DNA of 64,000 nucleotides, taken from positions 102,689,165-102,753,164 of the forward strand of contig NC_057718.1 in assembly GCF_004010195.1 (NCBI RefSeq), read 5' to 3'. Below the pieces are notes generated by a model. The model had not been told where the DNA came from, did not search any database, and saw nothing but the letters and a program-made list of their open reading frames with translations. The DNA is from Chiloscyllium plagiosum (lineage: Eukaryota). This document shows positions 63,051 through 64,000 of this stretch, piece after piece (position 1 is the first letter of the stretch; each line of letters begins with the position of its first letter). Both the position numbers and the translations under genes were made by a program.

Positions 63051-63230
63051 CTCTCACTTTTAATTTAATTGCCCACAAGTCACCAAAAGTAAACAAATTG
63101 TCTCACCTACGTTTTAGTTAAAGATTTGGACACTAAACCTGCGAGTGTTTAAATCTGCTGGGATTTTTTGTACCCCAAAGTCTTCAAATCTGTCTAAACC
63201 AGTTCAGATCCCAGTGACGATCCCCCAAAC

Positions 63231-63914
63231 TGTTATGACACTGGGTAAACCCCCCTGCTAATTTAAAACCCAGAACACACAAAAGATTTAGTACAGTAAT
63301 CTGTGAAAATTCGAGTGGCCACAAACTATTTAAAGTAAAAATTAACAACTTTATTTCTTAAAGTATATCAGAGAATAATTAACTAACAACTATTTTCAAC
63401 TCCTTCCTGTAGCCTATGTTTCACTTTCCCCTCTATAATACTAGTCTGATAAAATTTCTGATTAAGATTTATAAAACAAAACTACTTATCTCAAAAAACT
63501 AGGCAGCCTTCAATTCTTCTCTGTATTCCTGTTGTCTTTTCTTTTTCTTGGGGATTCTGCTTCACCAGTTACTGATCGATAGAGGTACCTTTTAAGAGAG
63601 CTATTTTTCAGGCAGTCTACACTTTGCTAGCTTGGCAGTTTTCCTCCCAATTGTTCAATTTTCCCCGGTCTTATACTCCCAAAGCATTGGATTGTGTCAT
63701 TGGCTTTTAAGATTGTCAATATGCTTGATTGGAATTTGGTATTTTTGGGGTATAATACACTGGCCAAATTTGAATTTGTTTTTGTCTCATAGCAACTCAG
63801 CCAGTGCTATCTGTTCTGCAGCAAATGTTTATATGTAAATTCTCCAGCACTCTCTGTGCTTGCCAAGTCCTTCACTCTCTTAAAGGCACAGTATGCTTTT
63901 ACACCTTCATAACA
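63231..63914 (-). repeat. 5' LTR
   Basis: TGTTATGA...TCATAACA inverted termini; followed on the - strand by TGGGGGATCGTCACTGGGAT, resembling a tRNA-Pro PBS. Confidence 0.9.
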
Positions 63915-64000
63915 TGTATTTAGCCTTGCGAAATCAGGGTGCCCCCTATCTGCCTGAAGCTCCAATGTTACTTTCATGAGGGAGCATTAGCACACTGTAG

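Larger units (their letters stand above)
57255..63914 (-). mobile_element. Full-length but decayed Gmr1-like Ty3/gypsy LTR retrotransposon, probably in C1D intron 3
   Basis: Paired LTRs, PBS, PPT; gag (SCAN-like, CCHC), PR, IN (D,D,E), RT (YLDD), RNase H in that order, with many frameshifts. Confidence 0.92.

Overview
Vertebrate genomic DNA, most likely a shark (inferred from abundant tRNA-headed V-domain HE1-like SINEs and CR1-type LINEs), with a 500-N gap at 14886-15385. Two genes sit head-to-head across a GC-rich bidirectional promoter (~37.3-38.2 kb). On the + strand is C1D (coding exons 38178-38312, 52389-52455, 52548-52603; the last exon was not found and is probably beyond the window). 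On the - strand is a multi-exon gene I cannot name. I assembled 11 of its exons by hand with GT-AG sites and matching phases, except for one phase break across the gap. It encodes two tandem cadherin-like beta-sandwich repeats with no signal peptide, a degenerate RING/U-box-like domain, a TRAF-type C-x6-C-x11-H-x3-C zinc finger and several TPR-like repeats: a candidate undescribed E3-ligase/scaffold with an RFX X-box-like site upstream. The introns are full of mobile DNA: CR1 fragments, V-SINEs, a solo LTR, a decayed Gmr1-type Ty3/gypsy element (PR-IN-RT-RH order, SCAN-like gag) and at least three families of Penelope-like or foldback insertions carrying minimal type-I hammerhead ribozyme motifs, often on both strands. 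All calls were made by eye; no searches were run.
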